A DNA stretch of 64,000 bases from an uncultured Candidatus Saccharibacteria bacterium (GCA_964391325.1 CAYMJM010000003.1:3211-67210), one strand, 5' to 3'. Shown: positions 1 to 9,919, counted from the first letter of the stretch. Program-made: numbers and translations. The notes: generated by a model not told the origin, from the sequence alone.

Positions 1-1052
1 AATAGTAGAATGAGAGATGAGGTTAAAGGGAAATAGCTGACTATAAGAGAAACGGTTCCGGATGGATCAGATAAGATAATAGGCGCGAAGTATATAGGGA
101 TAATACTGAGTAGAATGAATATTGAAGAGAAACTTTGTGCTTCTTTATAGGTAGGTGTAGCAGCCCCAACACCAACCATTAGGTTTGCCATGATAAGAAA
201 TCCGCATATAATATAAAAAGTCCCTCCGATTATCTGAGCTGGGGCGATGCTCAGGTCAGCCAGATTTATCGGTAGGTTGAAATTACTTCCTACAATGAGC
301 ATTGAACCTATGGCTAATACAAAAAGTGCTGCCACTTGAGTTAGGACTATCCCAAGCTGCCCTAGTATTTTCCCCCAGATCAGTTCTTTTGATTTTATGG
401 CAGACATAACAATTTCAATCATCCTGTTTTCCTTTTCTTCTGCTACACTCATGAGTAAATAACTGGTAGAAAACATTATAAGTATGAAGTAGATTAGTAT
501 CGAAACAACAGGGACGACAAACCGTTCAAATCCAGGTTGCTTTTCTCCTTCATCGTTAAATGAAGTCACTTCTACACTGAAGTTTTCCTTGATTGCTGTG
601 ATTTTCAGGTCTGTACCTAATTCCTGCAAAATACTTTGTTTTAGGATCTCCTGTGAAAGGAAAGTGGCGCTTGCTCCGGAGAACAGATCCTTTGATTGCT
701 CGACTGCTTTTATTTCCTTCGTCTCCAGCACATTTTCCGGATAGTAGATTGCTATGTCATACTGGCTGGTTTGCACTAGTGTAGTCGCTTCTTCTAAATT
801 ATCTCCAAAGCTATACTGTTTGAAACTTGTTAGTACATCCTCTATGATTATCCCTGATTTATCTATGATTAATATACTCTCAATTGCATCATTATTTTCT
901 ATATTTTGTTCGAACTTCTCGCCTGATAAGCCGGATACTAAACTTACGATAATAATAAAAACTGGGAAAAACAGAGTTGTAAGCCAGAATGTTAATTTCT
1001 TTACGACCTTAAGATATTCCCTTTTTGCGACTATAAAAATATTTTTAAACAT
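1..1052 (-). CDS. ABC-2 type transporter permease (partial; C-terminus lies beyond window start)
   Basis: Reverse-strand reading frame from ATG (cat at 1050-1052) runs uninterrupted to position 1. It encodes a multi-TM hydrophobic protein directly downstream of, and overlapping by 8 nt, the ABC ATPase gene. Confidence 0.7.
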   Translation of the reverse strand, partial: MFKNIFIVAKREYLKVVKKLTFWLTTLFFPVFIIIVSLVSGLSGEKFEQNIENNDAIESILIIDKSGIIIEDVLTSFKQYSFGDNLEEATTLVQTSQYDIAIYYPENVLETKEIKAVEQSKDLFSGASATFLSQEILKQSILQELGTDLKITAIKENFSVEVTSFNDEGEKQPGFERFVVPVVSILIYFILIMFSTSYLLMSVAEEKENRMIEIVMSAIKSKELIWGKILGQLGIVLTQVAALFVLAIGSMLIVGSNFNLPINLADLSIAPAQIIGGTFYIICGFLIMANLMVGVGAATPTYKEAQSFSSIFILLSIIPIYFAPIILSDPSGTVSLIVSYFPLTSSLILL

Positions 1053-1947
1053 TTTCTTTACTTATCCTGATAAATATTTGATGCAACGAAGGGGTTGTTT
1101 TTTTGAAACTGTGTATTTTTATTCTTGTATTTATAAGGTATTTTAATACTTCCTCAGTGTTAACGCCTGCTTCTGGAGTAATTTCAGCTACCTTAGGATT
1201 AACAATCGCCTGGTAAAGTTTTTTATTTTCCGGAAATTGGCCCGAGTATTCGACATATAATGTATTAGAACCAAACATTTCTTTAATATCAGATAAATCT
1301 CCATACAAAGCTTTTTGGCCATCTTTAATCATCAGTATCCGTTGTGCAATTTTCTCTGCCTCCTCCATCTGATGTGTGGAAAATATAATAGTTGCCCCTT
1401 TTTGATTTAACTCGAGAAGAAGGTTTATTAGTAATTCTCTGTTCACGGGATCCAATCCTTTTGTTGGTTCATCTAGAATTAACAGTTTTGGTTTATTAAG
1501 AATAGTCATTCCAAGTTGGATTTTCTGCTGTTGTCCAGATGACAACCTTTTTATGGTTTCATCTTTCTTATTAATAAGTTCTACCTTCTTAAGATAGATC
1601 AAGGCTTCTTTTTCTGCTTGTCCTTTAGTCATTCCTTTTAACTGACCAAAGTACACCATAGTTTCCAGTACTTTAGATGTAGTATACAAGCCTCTTTCCT
1701 CGGGTAGATACCCAATTATCTTTGTTCTGTCTGGAGAGTAAGTCTTCCCGTTAATTAGTAGCTTTCCCTCATCTGGGTGATAAATATTAAGAAGTGTCCT
1801 GAGAGTAGTTGTTTTTCCAGAACCATTTGCTCCTATAAAAGCAAATATCTCCCCTCTTTGTACTTCAAAGGAAAGGTCTTTTATTACTTTATTACTATGA
1901 AAACTTTTAGAAAAATTTTTTATTGTTACAATAGGATGTTTTCCCAT
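1045..1947 (-). CDS. ABC transporter ATP-binding protein
   Basis: Walker A GANGSGKTT, ABC signature LSSGQQQK, Walker B LLILDEP; 300 aa. Confidence 0.9.
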   Translation of the reverse strand: MGKHPIVTIKNFSKSFHSNKVIKDLSFEVQRGEIFAFIGANGSGKTTTLRTLLNIYHPDEGKLLINGKTYSPDRTKIIGYLPEERGLYTTSKVLETMVYFGQLKGMTKGQAEKEALIYLKKVELINKKDETIKRLSSGQQQKIQLGMTILNKPKLLILDEPTKGLDPVNRELLINLLLELNQKGATIIFSTHQMEEAEKIAQRILMIKDGQKALYGDLSDIKEMFGSNTLYVEYSGQFPENKKLYQAIVNPKVAEITPEAGVNTEEVLKYLINTRIKIHSFKKTTPSLHQIFIRISKENV

Positions 1948-2029
1948 AGATCCTTATATTACATTAACTATTTTGAGTATTCAAGGTGTTTTATATGACA
2001 GAGCGCATATGTTCGAGTATAATTAGGTT

Positions 2030-3934
2030 ATGACAAAATACGATATAACAAAAATCAGGAATTTTTCTATAATCGCTCATATCGACCATGGTAAATCAAC
2101 CTTGGCAGATAGACTAATGGAGTATACAGGCACAGTCTCGGAAAGAGAGTCAAAAGATAGGATGCTAGATACTCTAGAGCTTGAGCAGGAAAGGGGAATT
2201 ACTATAAAACTGCAAACAGCACGCATGCATTATCAGTATATAACCAGAACAGATTCTAAAGTAGAAAGTGGGATGTATATACTCAATCTTATTGATACAC
2301 CAGGGCACGTAGATTTTTCCTACGAAGTTTCGAGATCTTTGGCTGCCTCAGAAGGAGCAGTGCTCTTAGTTGACGCTACCCAGGGAATACAAGCTCAAAC
2401 ATTAACAACAGTCTATAAAGCACTTGACCATAATTTATTTATTATCCCCGTTGTGAATAAGGTTGACTTACCCGGCGCTATGGTTGAGAAGGTAAAGAAG
2501 GAGCTAGTTAAAACCTTTGGCTTTGATTATGAAGAGATTATAGAAACTTCAGGCAAAACCGGTATAGGAGTAAAAGCGCTTCTAGATGTAATAGTTGAAA
2601 AGTGTCCGGCTCCCTACCAATATGAAGAACAAGAAACAAAGTCGTTGATATTTGATTCTTTTTACGATGAGCATAAAGGAGTGGTAGCTTTAGTAAAGCT
2701 TGTGCAGGGTAGTTTAGATACTATAGACGTGTTCAAGACCTTGGAGACAAAAATAGATATTGATCCCATTGAAATAGGATATCTCAAACCCCGACTGGTC
2801 CCCTGTCCTGAACTAAATATGGGAGAGGTAGGATATATTGCTACTGGCCTTAAAGATATACGGATGATACATATAGGCGATACAATTACAACAAAGAAGT
2901 CCTACGAAATAAATCCAGACATGAATCCTTTGCCAGGCTACAAGCAACCTAAATCAATGGTGTTCGCATCGTTGTATCCAATAGAGAGCGATGATTTTAC
3001 TTTATTGTCAGAAGCTATAGAAAAACTTGCTTTGAATGATGCTGCGCTAAGCGTGCAAAAAGAATCTTCTCCAGTCTTGGGATCTGGTTTTGTATGTGGT
3101 TTCTTGGGATTACTTCATCTGGAAATTACACACGAGAGGCTAGAAAGGGAATTTGGGGTAGAGCTTATTACAACTACCCCTACAGTCGAGTATTTGGTGA
3201 AGTTAGCTACTAAGGACTACAGCAAAGTAGCAAATATCAACATAGCTAATGTTGAGAATAACTATCTAAAAGTACGAGGAGCAGCTGATTTTCCTGACGC
3301 CACTTTGATAGAGGAAGTGATGGAGCCTTGGGTGAAGCTAGAAATTATTACACCGGATGATTACATTGGACCAATTATGGAGCTTACCCAGCAGGCTAGA
3401 GGAGAATACAAGTCAATGGAGTATCTTACAGGTGATGAGGATATAAAAGGGAAAAAGCATATTATCCTAAAATATGATGTGCCAACTGCTGAGATTATCG
3501 TAAATTATTTTGATAAACTAAAGTCTGTTAGTCAGGGATATGCTTCTATGGATTATGAGTTCAAGGAATATCGTAAAAGTGACGTAGTGAAGGTTAGTAT
3601 TTTAGTAAACTATGAGGAAATTCCTGCACTATCATTTTTAACACACAGGAGCAATGCTGCAATTAAAGGATCGGCTGTAGTTACAAAGCTAAAAGAACTG
3701 ATCCCGCGTCAACAGTTTAAAGTACCAATTCAAGCTGCTATTGGCGGTAAGGTTGTTGCAAGGGAAACTATATTAGCCTATAGGAAAGACGTAACAGCCA
3801 AATTATATGGAGGAGATGTTACTAGAAAGAGAAAACTGCTAGAAAAGCAGAAAAAAGGAAAGGAAAGGTTAAAGAGGTTTGGGAAAATAGATATTCCAAA
3901 AAAAGCATTTTTAGAAGCACTGAAGACTGGGTAG
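2030..3934 (+). CDS. lepA: Elongation factor 4 (LepA)
   Basis: GTPase motifs AHIDHGKST, DTPGHVDF, NKVD; 634 aa; LepA-specific C-terminal region. Confidence 0.95.
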   Translation: MTKYDITKIRNFSIIAHIDHGKSTLADRLMEYTGTVSERESKDRMLDTLELEQERGITIKLQTARMHYQYITRTDSKVESGMYILNLIDTPGHVDFSYEVSRSLAASEGAVLLVDATQGIQAQTLTTVYKALDHNLFIIPVVNKVDLPGAMVEKVKKELVKTFGFDYEEIIETSGKTGIGVKALLDVIVEKCPAPYQYEEQETKSLIFDSFYDEHKGVVALVKLVQGSLDTIDVFKTLETKIDIDPIEIGYLKPRLVPCPELNMGEVGYIATGLKDIRMIHIGDTITTKKSYEINPDMNPLPGYKQPKSMVFASLYPIESDDFTLLSEAIEKLALNDAALSVQKESSPVLGSGFVCGFLGLLHLEITHERLEREFGVELITTTPTVEYLVKLATKDYSKVANINIANVENNYLKVRGAADFPDATLIEEVMEPWVKLEIITPDDYIGPIMELTQQARGEYKSMEYLTGDEDIKGKKHIILKYDVPTAEIIVNYFDKLKSVSQGYASMDYEFKEYRKSDVVKVSILVNYEEIPALSFLTHRSNAAIKGSAVVTKLKELIPRQQFKVPIQAAIGGKVVARETILAYRKDVTAKLYGGDVTRKRKLLEKQKKGKERLKRFGKIDIPKKAFLEALKTG

Positions 3935-3986
3935 TGTATCTCTTTATGTAATAATTAGGTAAAATTAAGAAGTTTATATTAATACT

Positions 3987-4985
3987 ATGAAAAAACGAAT
4001 TTTAACTGGCGATAGGCCTACTGGTAAATTACATCTGGGGCATTATGTAGGGTCTTTAAAAAGTAGGGTGCAGTTACAACATGAATACGAGACTTTCATT
4101 ATGGTTGCTGATGTTCAGGCATTGACTGATAATTATGATGATTCCGAAAAAATAAGTAACAATATATTGGAAGTGGTAATGGATAATTTAGCAGTTGGGG
4201 TAGATCCTGGAATTTCAACAGTTTTTATACAATCCCAGATACCTCAGATAGCTGAACTTACCGTATTTTTCATGAACTTGGTAAAACACTCAGAAGTTCT
4301 GAGGAACCCTACGGTCAAAACGGAAATCAAGCAAAAGAATTTTAAGGGGGGCACTCCTTTTGGTTTTGTAGCTTATCCTATATCGCAGGCAGCTGATATT
4401 CATTTTTTGCGCGCTGACTTGGTGCCAGCTGGTGAGGATCAAGCTCCTATGATTGAACTTGCTAATGCTATTAAAGATAGATTTAACAAGGTTTATAAAA
4501 CAAGCGTATTTCATGATGTGAAAGGACATTTCAGTAATTTTAGCAGGCTTGTAGGAACAGATGGAAGTGCAAAGATGAGTAAGTCATTGGGGAATACTAT
4601 ATACTTGGCAGATGATGAGGATACAGTTAAAAAGAAAGTCACGAGCATGTACACAGACCCCAATAGAGTACGAGCTACTGATCCTGGAAAAGTAGAGGGC
4701 AATCCAGTATTTATTTATCATGATGCTTTTAATCTTAATAAGGCCGAAGTTGATGATTTGAAAGCAAGGTATGAAGTAGGAAAAGTAGGGGATGTTGAAG
4801 TTAAGGATAAACTCCAAACTGCTATCAACATTTTACTTGATCCCATAAGGGAAAAAAGAAGCTATTATCAAGATCATAAACAAGAAGTAATTGATATTCT
4901 AGAAACTGGGAAGGATAAAGTTTTGGATGAGGCTGAGAAGACTATGGAGCTTGTGCGAGAAGCTATGAAAATTAACTATTTTTAA
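3987..4985 (+). CDS. trpS: Tryptophan--tRNA ligase
   Basis: Class I HIGH motif (PTGKLHLGHY) and KMSKS motif; 332 aa typical of TrpRS. Confidence 0.92.
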   Translation: MKKRILTGDRPTGKLHLGHYVGSLKSRVQLQHEYETFIMVADVQALTDNYDDSEKISNNILEVVMDNLAVGVDPGISTVFIQSQIPQIAELTVFFMNLVKHSEVLRNPTVKTEIKQKNFKGGTPFGFVAYPISQAADIHFLRADLVPAGEDQAPMIELANAIKDRFNKVYKTSVFHDVKGHFSNFSRLVGTDGSAKMSKSLGNTIYLADDEDTVKKKVTSMYTDPNRVRATDPGKVEGNPVFIYHDAFNLNKAEVDDLKARYEVGKVGDVEVKDKLQTAINILLDPIREKRSYYQDHKQEVIDILETGKDKVLDEAEKTMELVREAMKINYF

Positions 4986-5000
4986 GAGTCTCTATATAAA

Positions 5001-5426
5001 TCAGCTGATTATATAATAGCTCATTAAAGATAGAGTCAAACCTAATATAAAACCACCCAGAGCTTCAATATAGGTATGTCCAAGATTTTCCTTTAATTTT
5101 CTTCCTATAGATTTTTGGGGCTTTGTTTGTTCATTTAACACTTTTGCATGCAAGCCCGCTTGGTATCTTATATTTACAGCATCATATATTACAATAAAGG
5201 CAAACACCATAGCTATGACTGTTAAGGTAGATCCCCAGCCCTCCTGAAATGCCACGCTAAAGGTTAAAGCTGATACTAGTGTGACATGTAGACTTGGAAA
5301 TCCATTCGATGCAAGATGATCAATTCTATTACGCTTGATTATTTTTACGATGGATTTAACTGAATGTGCAATAAGCCATGCTAACAGTATCGACCATATA
5401 ATTTGATTATTTAGTAGCTCAACCAT
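5001..5426 (-). CDS. Divergent PAP2-family membrane protein (DUF212/YuiD-like)
   Basis: 141 aa, multi-TM, NGFPSLHVTLVSAL resembling the PAP2 SGMPSSH-type motif of YuiD-like proteins. Confidence 0.6.
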   Translation of the reverse strand: MVELLNNQIIWSILLAWLIAHSVKSIVKIIKRNRIDHLASNGFPSLHVTLVSALTFSVAFQEGWGSTLTVIAMVFAFIVIYDAVNIRYQAGLHAKVLNEQTKPQKSIGRKLKENLGHTYIEALGGFILGLTLSLMSYYIIS

Positions 5427-5580
5427 TTGATAAATCTAATATTTACTATACTAGCAGCATTTTCTATCTCTGAAAAGGAGGAGCATCTCAAAAAGACTAC
5501 GCTTACGAGTAGCCTAATTGGCTAAAGTGCTTTCTGTGTGTACTTAGTTGTGAAAGCTGGTCAGCTTAGAGAGGTTTTGT

Positions 5581-5841
5581 CTACCGCTGGCTATATCCCG
5601 TTTCTTCCCAGGGAGATTCCCATCCTTCATCACCGGGTCTAACACAATTACCATTAAATGGAATCAGAGTCTGATACCCTTCTCCTGCATTATTCTCGGT
5701 GTTAGACGTAGCGGTCTCTAGTGGCAAAGGATTTGAACCAGCTTGTACCTCTGGAGGCTCATCAACAGGAAAAAGAGGTTGTTGTTTGTATTCAGATGGA
5801 TCCCAACATGGATCCCAACTTGGTACTTCTGGCATATTCAT
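5581..5841 (-). CDS. Hypothetical small acidic Pro-rich protein (doubtful)
   Basis: 86-aa ORF with ATG start inside a locally GC-richer (~48%) segment; contains tandem 12-nt duplication (WDPxWDP); no SD; no recognisable domain. Confidence 0.25.
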   Translation of the reverse strand: MNMPEVPSWDPCWDPSEYKQQPLFPVDEPPEVQAGSNPLPLETATSNTENNAGEGYQTLIPFNGNCVRPGDEGWESPWEETGYSQR

Positions 5842-5972
5842 ACTTTAATATTAGCCGGAGCTTAACAAATCTTGATATATCTTGTAAAGCAAAAAAGGAG
5901 AAACTTGTCCTATAAGTAATTGGATTATATAATCATTGTTTCTATCTATATAATACGGTTACTTCCCAGTAA

Positions 5973-6527
5973 CTATATTGGGGTATCTTTAAGCTTTACA
6001 AAATACGCGAAGATTGTGGAGATTGGATGTAGTGTTGCCCATATAACAAGTATGTACAAATAATGGACAAAATCAAGTTGAATATATACATAGGAAAATA
6101 AAATCCCTCCCAGTATATAATCTATTTGATCAAATGGTATCCATGTTTTACCGGGCATTATATTCGCACGTCTTTTAAAGAAACTTTTCATAAAGTCACC
6201 GGCAAGAGCGCCAAAGCTCAAGAGAAAGCCGAGCAACAAAGGCTCCATGGTAGTGTAATTTATTGGAGAAGCCTTCTGTATCAGGCTTGAGTTGTTGTAG
6301 ATAGCTGTTTCAATGTATACAGATACTGTCCCGGCTAGTATCCCGGCTACCAGCCCTCTTATTGTTTTATGGTCTCCAAAAACCCTTGTACCTTTAAAGC
6401 TTTTATAAAAATCCAGTGGATAATTAAAATTTTTTAAAACTGGCAGCTTGGCTATTATAACAGGGGTCGTATTTGCAACACCTGCTGGTAAAAAGAAGAA
6501 TAAGGCAAAAAGGATATTATTCAACAT
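5973..6527 (-). CDS. carS: CDP-archaeol synthase (CarS, DUF46) family membrane protein
   Basis: 184 aa multi-TM; motifs FGDHKTIRGLVAGILAG and ALAGDFMKSFFKRR...PFDQIDYILGG match the archaeal CarS signature (GDGKTIRG... AGDLVGSFIKRR...DQLDF) recalled from A. fulgidus CarS. Confidence 0.75.
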   Translation of the reverse strand: MLNNILFALFFFLPAGVANTTPVIIAKLPVLKNFNYPLDFYKSFKGTRVFGDHKTIRGLVAGILAGTVSVYIETAIYNNSSLIQKASPINYTTMEPLLLGFLLSFGALAGDFMKSFFKRRANIMPGKTWIPFDQIDYILGGILFSYVYIQLDFVHYLYILVIWATLHPISTIFAYFVKLKDTPI

Positions 6528-7443
6528 TTTTCAATAAATGATTTAAATGAATTTTTGATAGGTTGATTATAAGATTTGGAATAATCAAGCCTCGTTTGAC
6601 AAGATTAGACTTTGAGTCCCAGAACCACCTCGTATCAACGAATTTTAATCCTTCTTTTGAAATAATTATATTATCAGTTTTAGTAAGCCAGTTGTAAGAT
6701 TCTATAAAAATGTATCGTGGCCTTGTGTCCGGAATAATATTTATTTGATAATGCATTAGCAAAAGCAGATATATCATCAGGATCAGTTGATAAGTTTCTT
6801 CCCTTGACATTTTAGCACTGTTCACATCATGCAAAAGTTCTCCTTTTATATACTGTTGAAAAATGAATTGAGTTTTCCTGTCTTTGTTTGGCTTGGAAAT
6901 GGAAGAGCCGTATAACAGGTATTCCTTTGGTAAGAAATTGTGATAACGAACTTTGGAGTCTAGTATTTTGTCGATTTTGGAATTTAACTTTATCCCGTAT
7001 TTTTTCTCTAGCTTAGGCTTAAAGTACGGAAGTGAATCCCTGATGCTTTTCTGGGCTGTATGAATGATACCTAGATTGGGATGGAAATAGTCTTCTTCTG
7101 ATTCAAAAAATCCAAAGTACTCTATAAAGTTCAGATATAGTTGGTACTGTCTTAATATTTCTTCTTCTCTGGGCAGGAAAGTAAAAGCAAACAATTTCAA
7201 AACTCTTTCCGTTATTTCCGCAGGGAGTGGTAGCTTTTTATCTCGAAAAAGCTCGATACTGAGGTCCCATCTGCTTTCTTTAAATACCCAGTCTTCTTGA
7301 TCAATCTTATATACACGTCCCATTTGTCCTGCAGCAATTCTGTCGTAGGTTCTCTTCGCCAGAATTTTTTTGATAGGTGCAGAGTGTACGGATAGCGGTG
7401 TATAAATGGCGTGTTTTTGAAGTTGTTTTTCAAATGTATTCAT
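6517..7443 (-). CDS. Hypothetical protein (308 aa) in operon between PHP phosphoesterase and CarS homolog
   Basis: ATG start; 4-nt overlap with upstream PHP gene and 11-nt overlap with downstream CarS gene imply co-transcription; no recognisable motif. Confidence 0.6.
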   Translation of the reverse strand: MNTFEKQLQKHAIYTPLSVHSAPIKKILAKRTYDRIAAGQMGRVYKIDQEDWVFKESRWDLSIELFRDKKLPLPAEITERVLKLFAFTFLPREEEILRQYQLYLNFIEYFGFFESEEDYFHPNLGIIHTAQKSIRDSLPYFKPKLEKKYGIKLNSKIDKILDSKVRYHNFLPKEYLLYGSSISKPNKDRKTQFIFQQYIKGELLHDVNSAKMSREETYQLILMIYLLLLMHYQINIIPDTRPRYIFIESYNWLTKTDNIIISKEGLKFVDTRWFWDSKSNLVKRGLIIPNLIINLSKIHLNHLLKNVE

Positions 7444-8090
7444 TTCCGGAATAATTTGATTATTTTATTTCTCTTCGGACCTAAAAATCCCCAGAGCGAG
7501 ACAGATCGTAAAACTAATTCAGGGTTAGTTAACTGTTCAAGCAGGTTTGATACGGTGGGCGCTTCAGCTGTGAGCGTATAAGTCCGTCCAATTTCTCCAA
7601 GCGAATGAGCATCGCTGCTTGCAGCAAAAGGCTTTGAATGTTTTTCATTAAAGTCTACAACAGTATTATTTCCATTGGGCATGATATTTCGCGCATTAAA
7701 GACTTCTATAATATCAACTAGTTGGATTAGTTCTTCCAGAATTTTTTTTGGAATTCCCTTCCGTCTAATATCAAAAGGATGTGGGATGTATACAAGTCCT
7801 CCTTGTCCTTTTATTTGTTCGATAGTTTCTCCAAGTTCTTGCTCGGGAGAAATTTTCTTTTTTAGAAAAAGCCCGATCACCTCGCCTGCTGTTGTTTTGA
7901 TTTCTTCTCCGACTATAATCTGTTCTCCAAGTTCTTGGTGCAGCGCAAGAGCCAAATCTATTTCATTATGGTCAGTAACTGCCACATAATTAAGCAACCC
8001 GGATTCCAGAATCTTTTTGTATGATTCTAGAGGTATCCCTCCGTCATGAGATAGGGTAGAATGTGTATGTAAATCTAGCTTATATGCCAT
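7440..8090 (-). CDS. PHP-domain metal-dependent phosphoesterase
   Basis: N-terminal DLHTHS(T)LSHDG and internal HPF/DAH motifs of the PHP (polymerase/histidinol-phosphatase) fold; 216 aa. Confidence 0.8.
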   Translation of the reverse strand: MAYKLDLHTHSTLSHDGGIPLESYKKILESGLLNYVAVTDHNEIDLALALHQELGEQIIVGEEIKTTAGEVIGLFLKKKISPEQELGETIEQIKGQGGLVYIPHPFDIRRKGIPKKILEELIQLVDIIEVFNARNIMPNGNNTVVDFNEKHSKPFAASSDAHSLGEIGRTYTLTAEAPTVSNLLEQLTNPELVLRSVSLWGFLGPKRNKIIKLFRK

Positions 8091-8168
8091 AATGATATTA
8101 TTTATTGAAAAACTTGACCTCCTACTTTAACAAGAAGGGGTGCTAAAGTAAATTATTATATTGTCTAT

Positions 8169-8765
8169 ATGTTCAATAAATTTCGTCCGCAATTGTTGCC
8201 TCTAGTTAATTTCGTGGCAACTCCATTCATGAGAATCCATCCAAATATTTTATCATTAATGTCCTTTGCAATGGCAGCTCCTGGCTTTTATTTTTATGTA
8301 AAGGGGAATTCACTGTTAGGTAGTTTATTTATTTTAGGAGCTTTATTTGACTCTGTGGATGGAGTAGTGGCCAGAAAAACCGATAAAACTTCTAAGTTTG
8401 GTGGGGTACTGGATGCAACTCTGGACCGTATTTTTGAAGGAGTCTTGCTTCTCTGTATTGGGATAGGTAATTTGGTTTCCTGGAATTTAGTCATGCTTTT
8501 GTATATTTTTTCGATATCAGTAAGCTATGTAAAGTCTAAGGCTGAGACAGTACTGCAGGAGACTAGTGTCGGCACTAATCAATTGTCGGTAGGTATTGCT
8601 CAGAGAGGAGAAAGGGTTGTAATTATTTTCTTGAGCTCTATTTTGAACTACTTTTTTACGCCTGAGAGTAATTCGTTATTTAACATTGCTCTGTTGATTC
8701 TGACTTTACTTGCTGCTTTTACTTTGTTGTGGAGGTTAAAAGTAGTTTATAATTTGCTGAGATAG
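8169..8765 (+). CDS. CDP-alcohol phosphatidyltransferase family protein
   Basis: Signature D-G-x2-A-R-x8-G-x3-D-x3-D present as DSVDGVVARKTDKTSKFGGVLDATLDR; multi-TM; divergent from the CarS operon. Confidence 0.85.
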   Translation: MFNKFRPQLLPLVNFVATPFMRIHPNILSLMSFAMAAPGFYFYVKGNSLLGSLFILGALFDSVDGVVARKTDKTSKFGGVLDATLDRIFEGVLLLCIGIGNLVSWNLVMLLYIFSISVSYVKSKAETVLQETSVGTNQLSVGIAQRGERVVIIFLSSILNYFFTPESNSLFNIALLILTLLAAFTLLWRLKVVYNLLR

Positions 8766-8966
8766 GGATCATAGTTTATCCTACTTGAGAGCAGTTTTAG
8801 TTCCCATAAAGTAGTGCGTTTTAGTGTATCTGGAATTAGCACGATCTATCCTGGATTTTCCTGCAAAATCTTTACTAAACCTACAGCTTGACGTATAATT
8901 GCAGCGTACTTTACGGGGGGAAACAGCTTGTCTTTCTTCCCTTGTAGAGTAAAAGAAGGTACAGCT

Positions 8967-9041
8967 GGGTCGGTAGCTCAATGGTAGAGCAGTGGCCTTT
9001 TAAGCCATTGGTTGGGGGTTCGAGCCCCCCCCGACTCACCA
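8967..9041 (+). tRNA. tRNA-Lys (anticodon TTT), CCA encoded
   Basis: Manually folded cloverleaf: acceptor GGGTCGG/CCGACTC, D-arm GCTC..GAGC, anticodon stem GTGGC/GCCAT with loop CTTTTAA, T-arm GGGGG-TTCGAGC-CCCCC, discriminator A plus CCA. Confidence 0.9.
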
Positions 9042-9198
9042 AATTCAACAGGACGAACATATCTTCTGCTTACTATATATAGCTAGCAATAGTAGAACAT
9101 CCTTCATGTAATTATGGGCCATTTTTGTAGCACATAAGTGCATTAAGAGATAGAATGGAATAATTTCCCTTCATCAAAATTTCTGGTAGTATCTTTGT

Positions 9199-9852
9199 AT
9201 GCTTATATCCCAAATCTACAAAAACTATAATATCCCTCCTGGACTTCAATTACATATGTATAGAGTTACTGGAGTTGCATTTATAATATGCAACCATTTT
9301 AATGAGGGTATTGACAGAAATACTATCCTTTCAACCTGCTTTCTTCATGATATGGGAAACATAATTAAATTCAATTTTGATCTACTTCCTGAGTTATTTG
9401 AAGAAAAAGGGATAGAGTATTGGAAACAGGTTCAACAGGAATTTATTAAAAAATATGGTAATGACGAACATACTGCAACTCGAAAGATAGCGGAAGAAAT
9501 CGGTGTAAGTAAAAAAATTATTGATATTCTTGAGAATTTAGGATTTTCAAAAGCTCGCCAAATCTTTTTTTCGACTGATTACAATCTTAAAATATCCAGC
9601 TACGCAGATCAAAGGGTATCTATCAAGGGGATTGTTCCGATGGAAGAAAGGCATCGTGAAGGAAGGACAAGATACCTTAAAAGAAGCGACTTGAAGTCGG
9701 ACAAATCAGTTGAAAAATTTGAAAAACGAGCTGTGTGGATGCAGAAACTAGAGAAGCAAATTTTTGGCAAAACAGATATAAGTCCAACTTTTATCACAGA
9801 CGACGCGGTAAATAAGCAGATCTCAAATTTTTATGATTATGAGATTGTATAG
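9199..9852 (+). CDS. HD-domain phosphohydrolase
   Basis: H...HD metal-binding pattern (LHMYRV ... FLHDMGN); 217 aa. Confidence 0.7.
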   Translation: MLISQIYKNYNIPPGLQLHMYRVTGVAFIICNHFNEGIDRNTILSTCFLHDMGNIIKFNFDLLPELFEEKGIEYWKQVQQEFIKKYGNDEHTATRKIAEEIGVSKKIIDILENLGFSKARQIFFSTDYNLKISSYADQRVSIKGIVPMEERHREGRTRYLKRSDLKSDKSVEKFEKRAVWMQKLEKQIFGKTDISPTFITDDAVNKQISNFYDYEIV

Positions 9853-9919
9853 CAGGAGAAGCAATAGATGGAGAAAAAGAGAGTAGAAAGTAGCTTAATT
9901 TAAATATTATAAACAAATC

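Noticed and set aside
754-1146. 130-aa plus-strand ORF
   Set aside because: Lies entirely antisense to a convincing ABC-2 permease reading frame that is contiguous with the ABC ATPase gene; low-complexity translation.
4290-4817. Three minus-strand ORFs (63-79 aa) inside trpS
   Set aside because: Antisense to a well-supported class I synthetase gene; no motifs.
5690-5770. GGTTCAAATCC T-loop-like motif on minus strand, tested as tRNA or tmRNA 3' domain
   Set aside because: No matching T-stem pairing, acceptor stem or CCA/discriminator context could be folded; most simply explained as coincidence within the small ORF.
8781-8981. 66-aa minus-strand ORF
   Set aside because: Overlaps the 5' end of tRNA-Lys and the intergenic promoter region; arginine/serine-rich junk.
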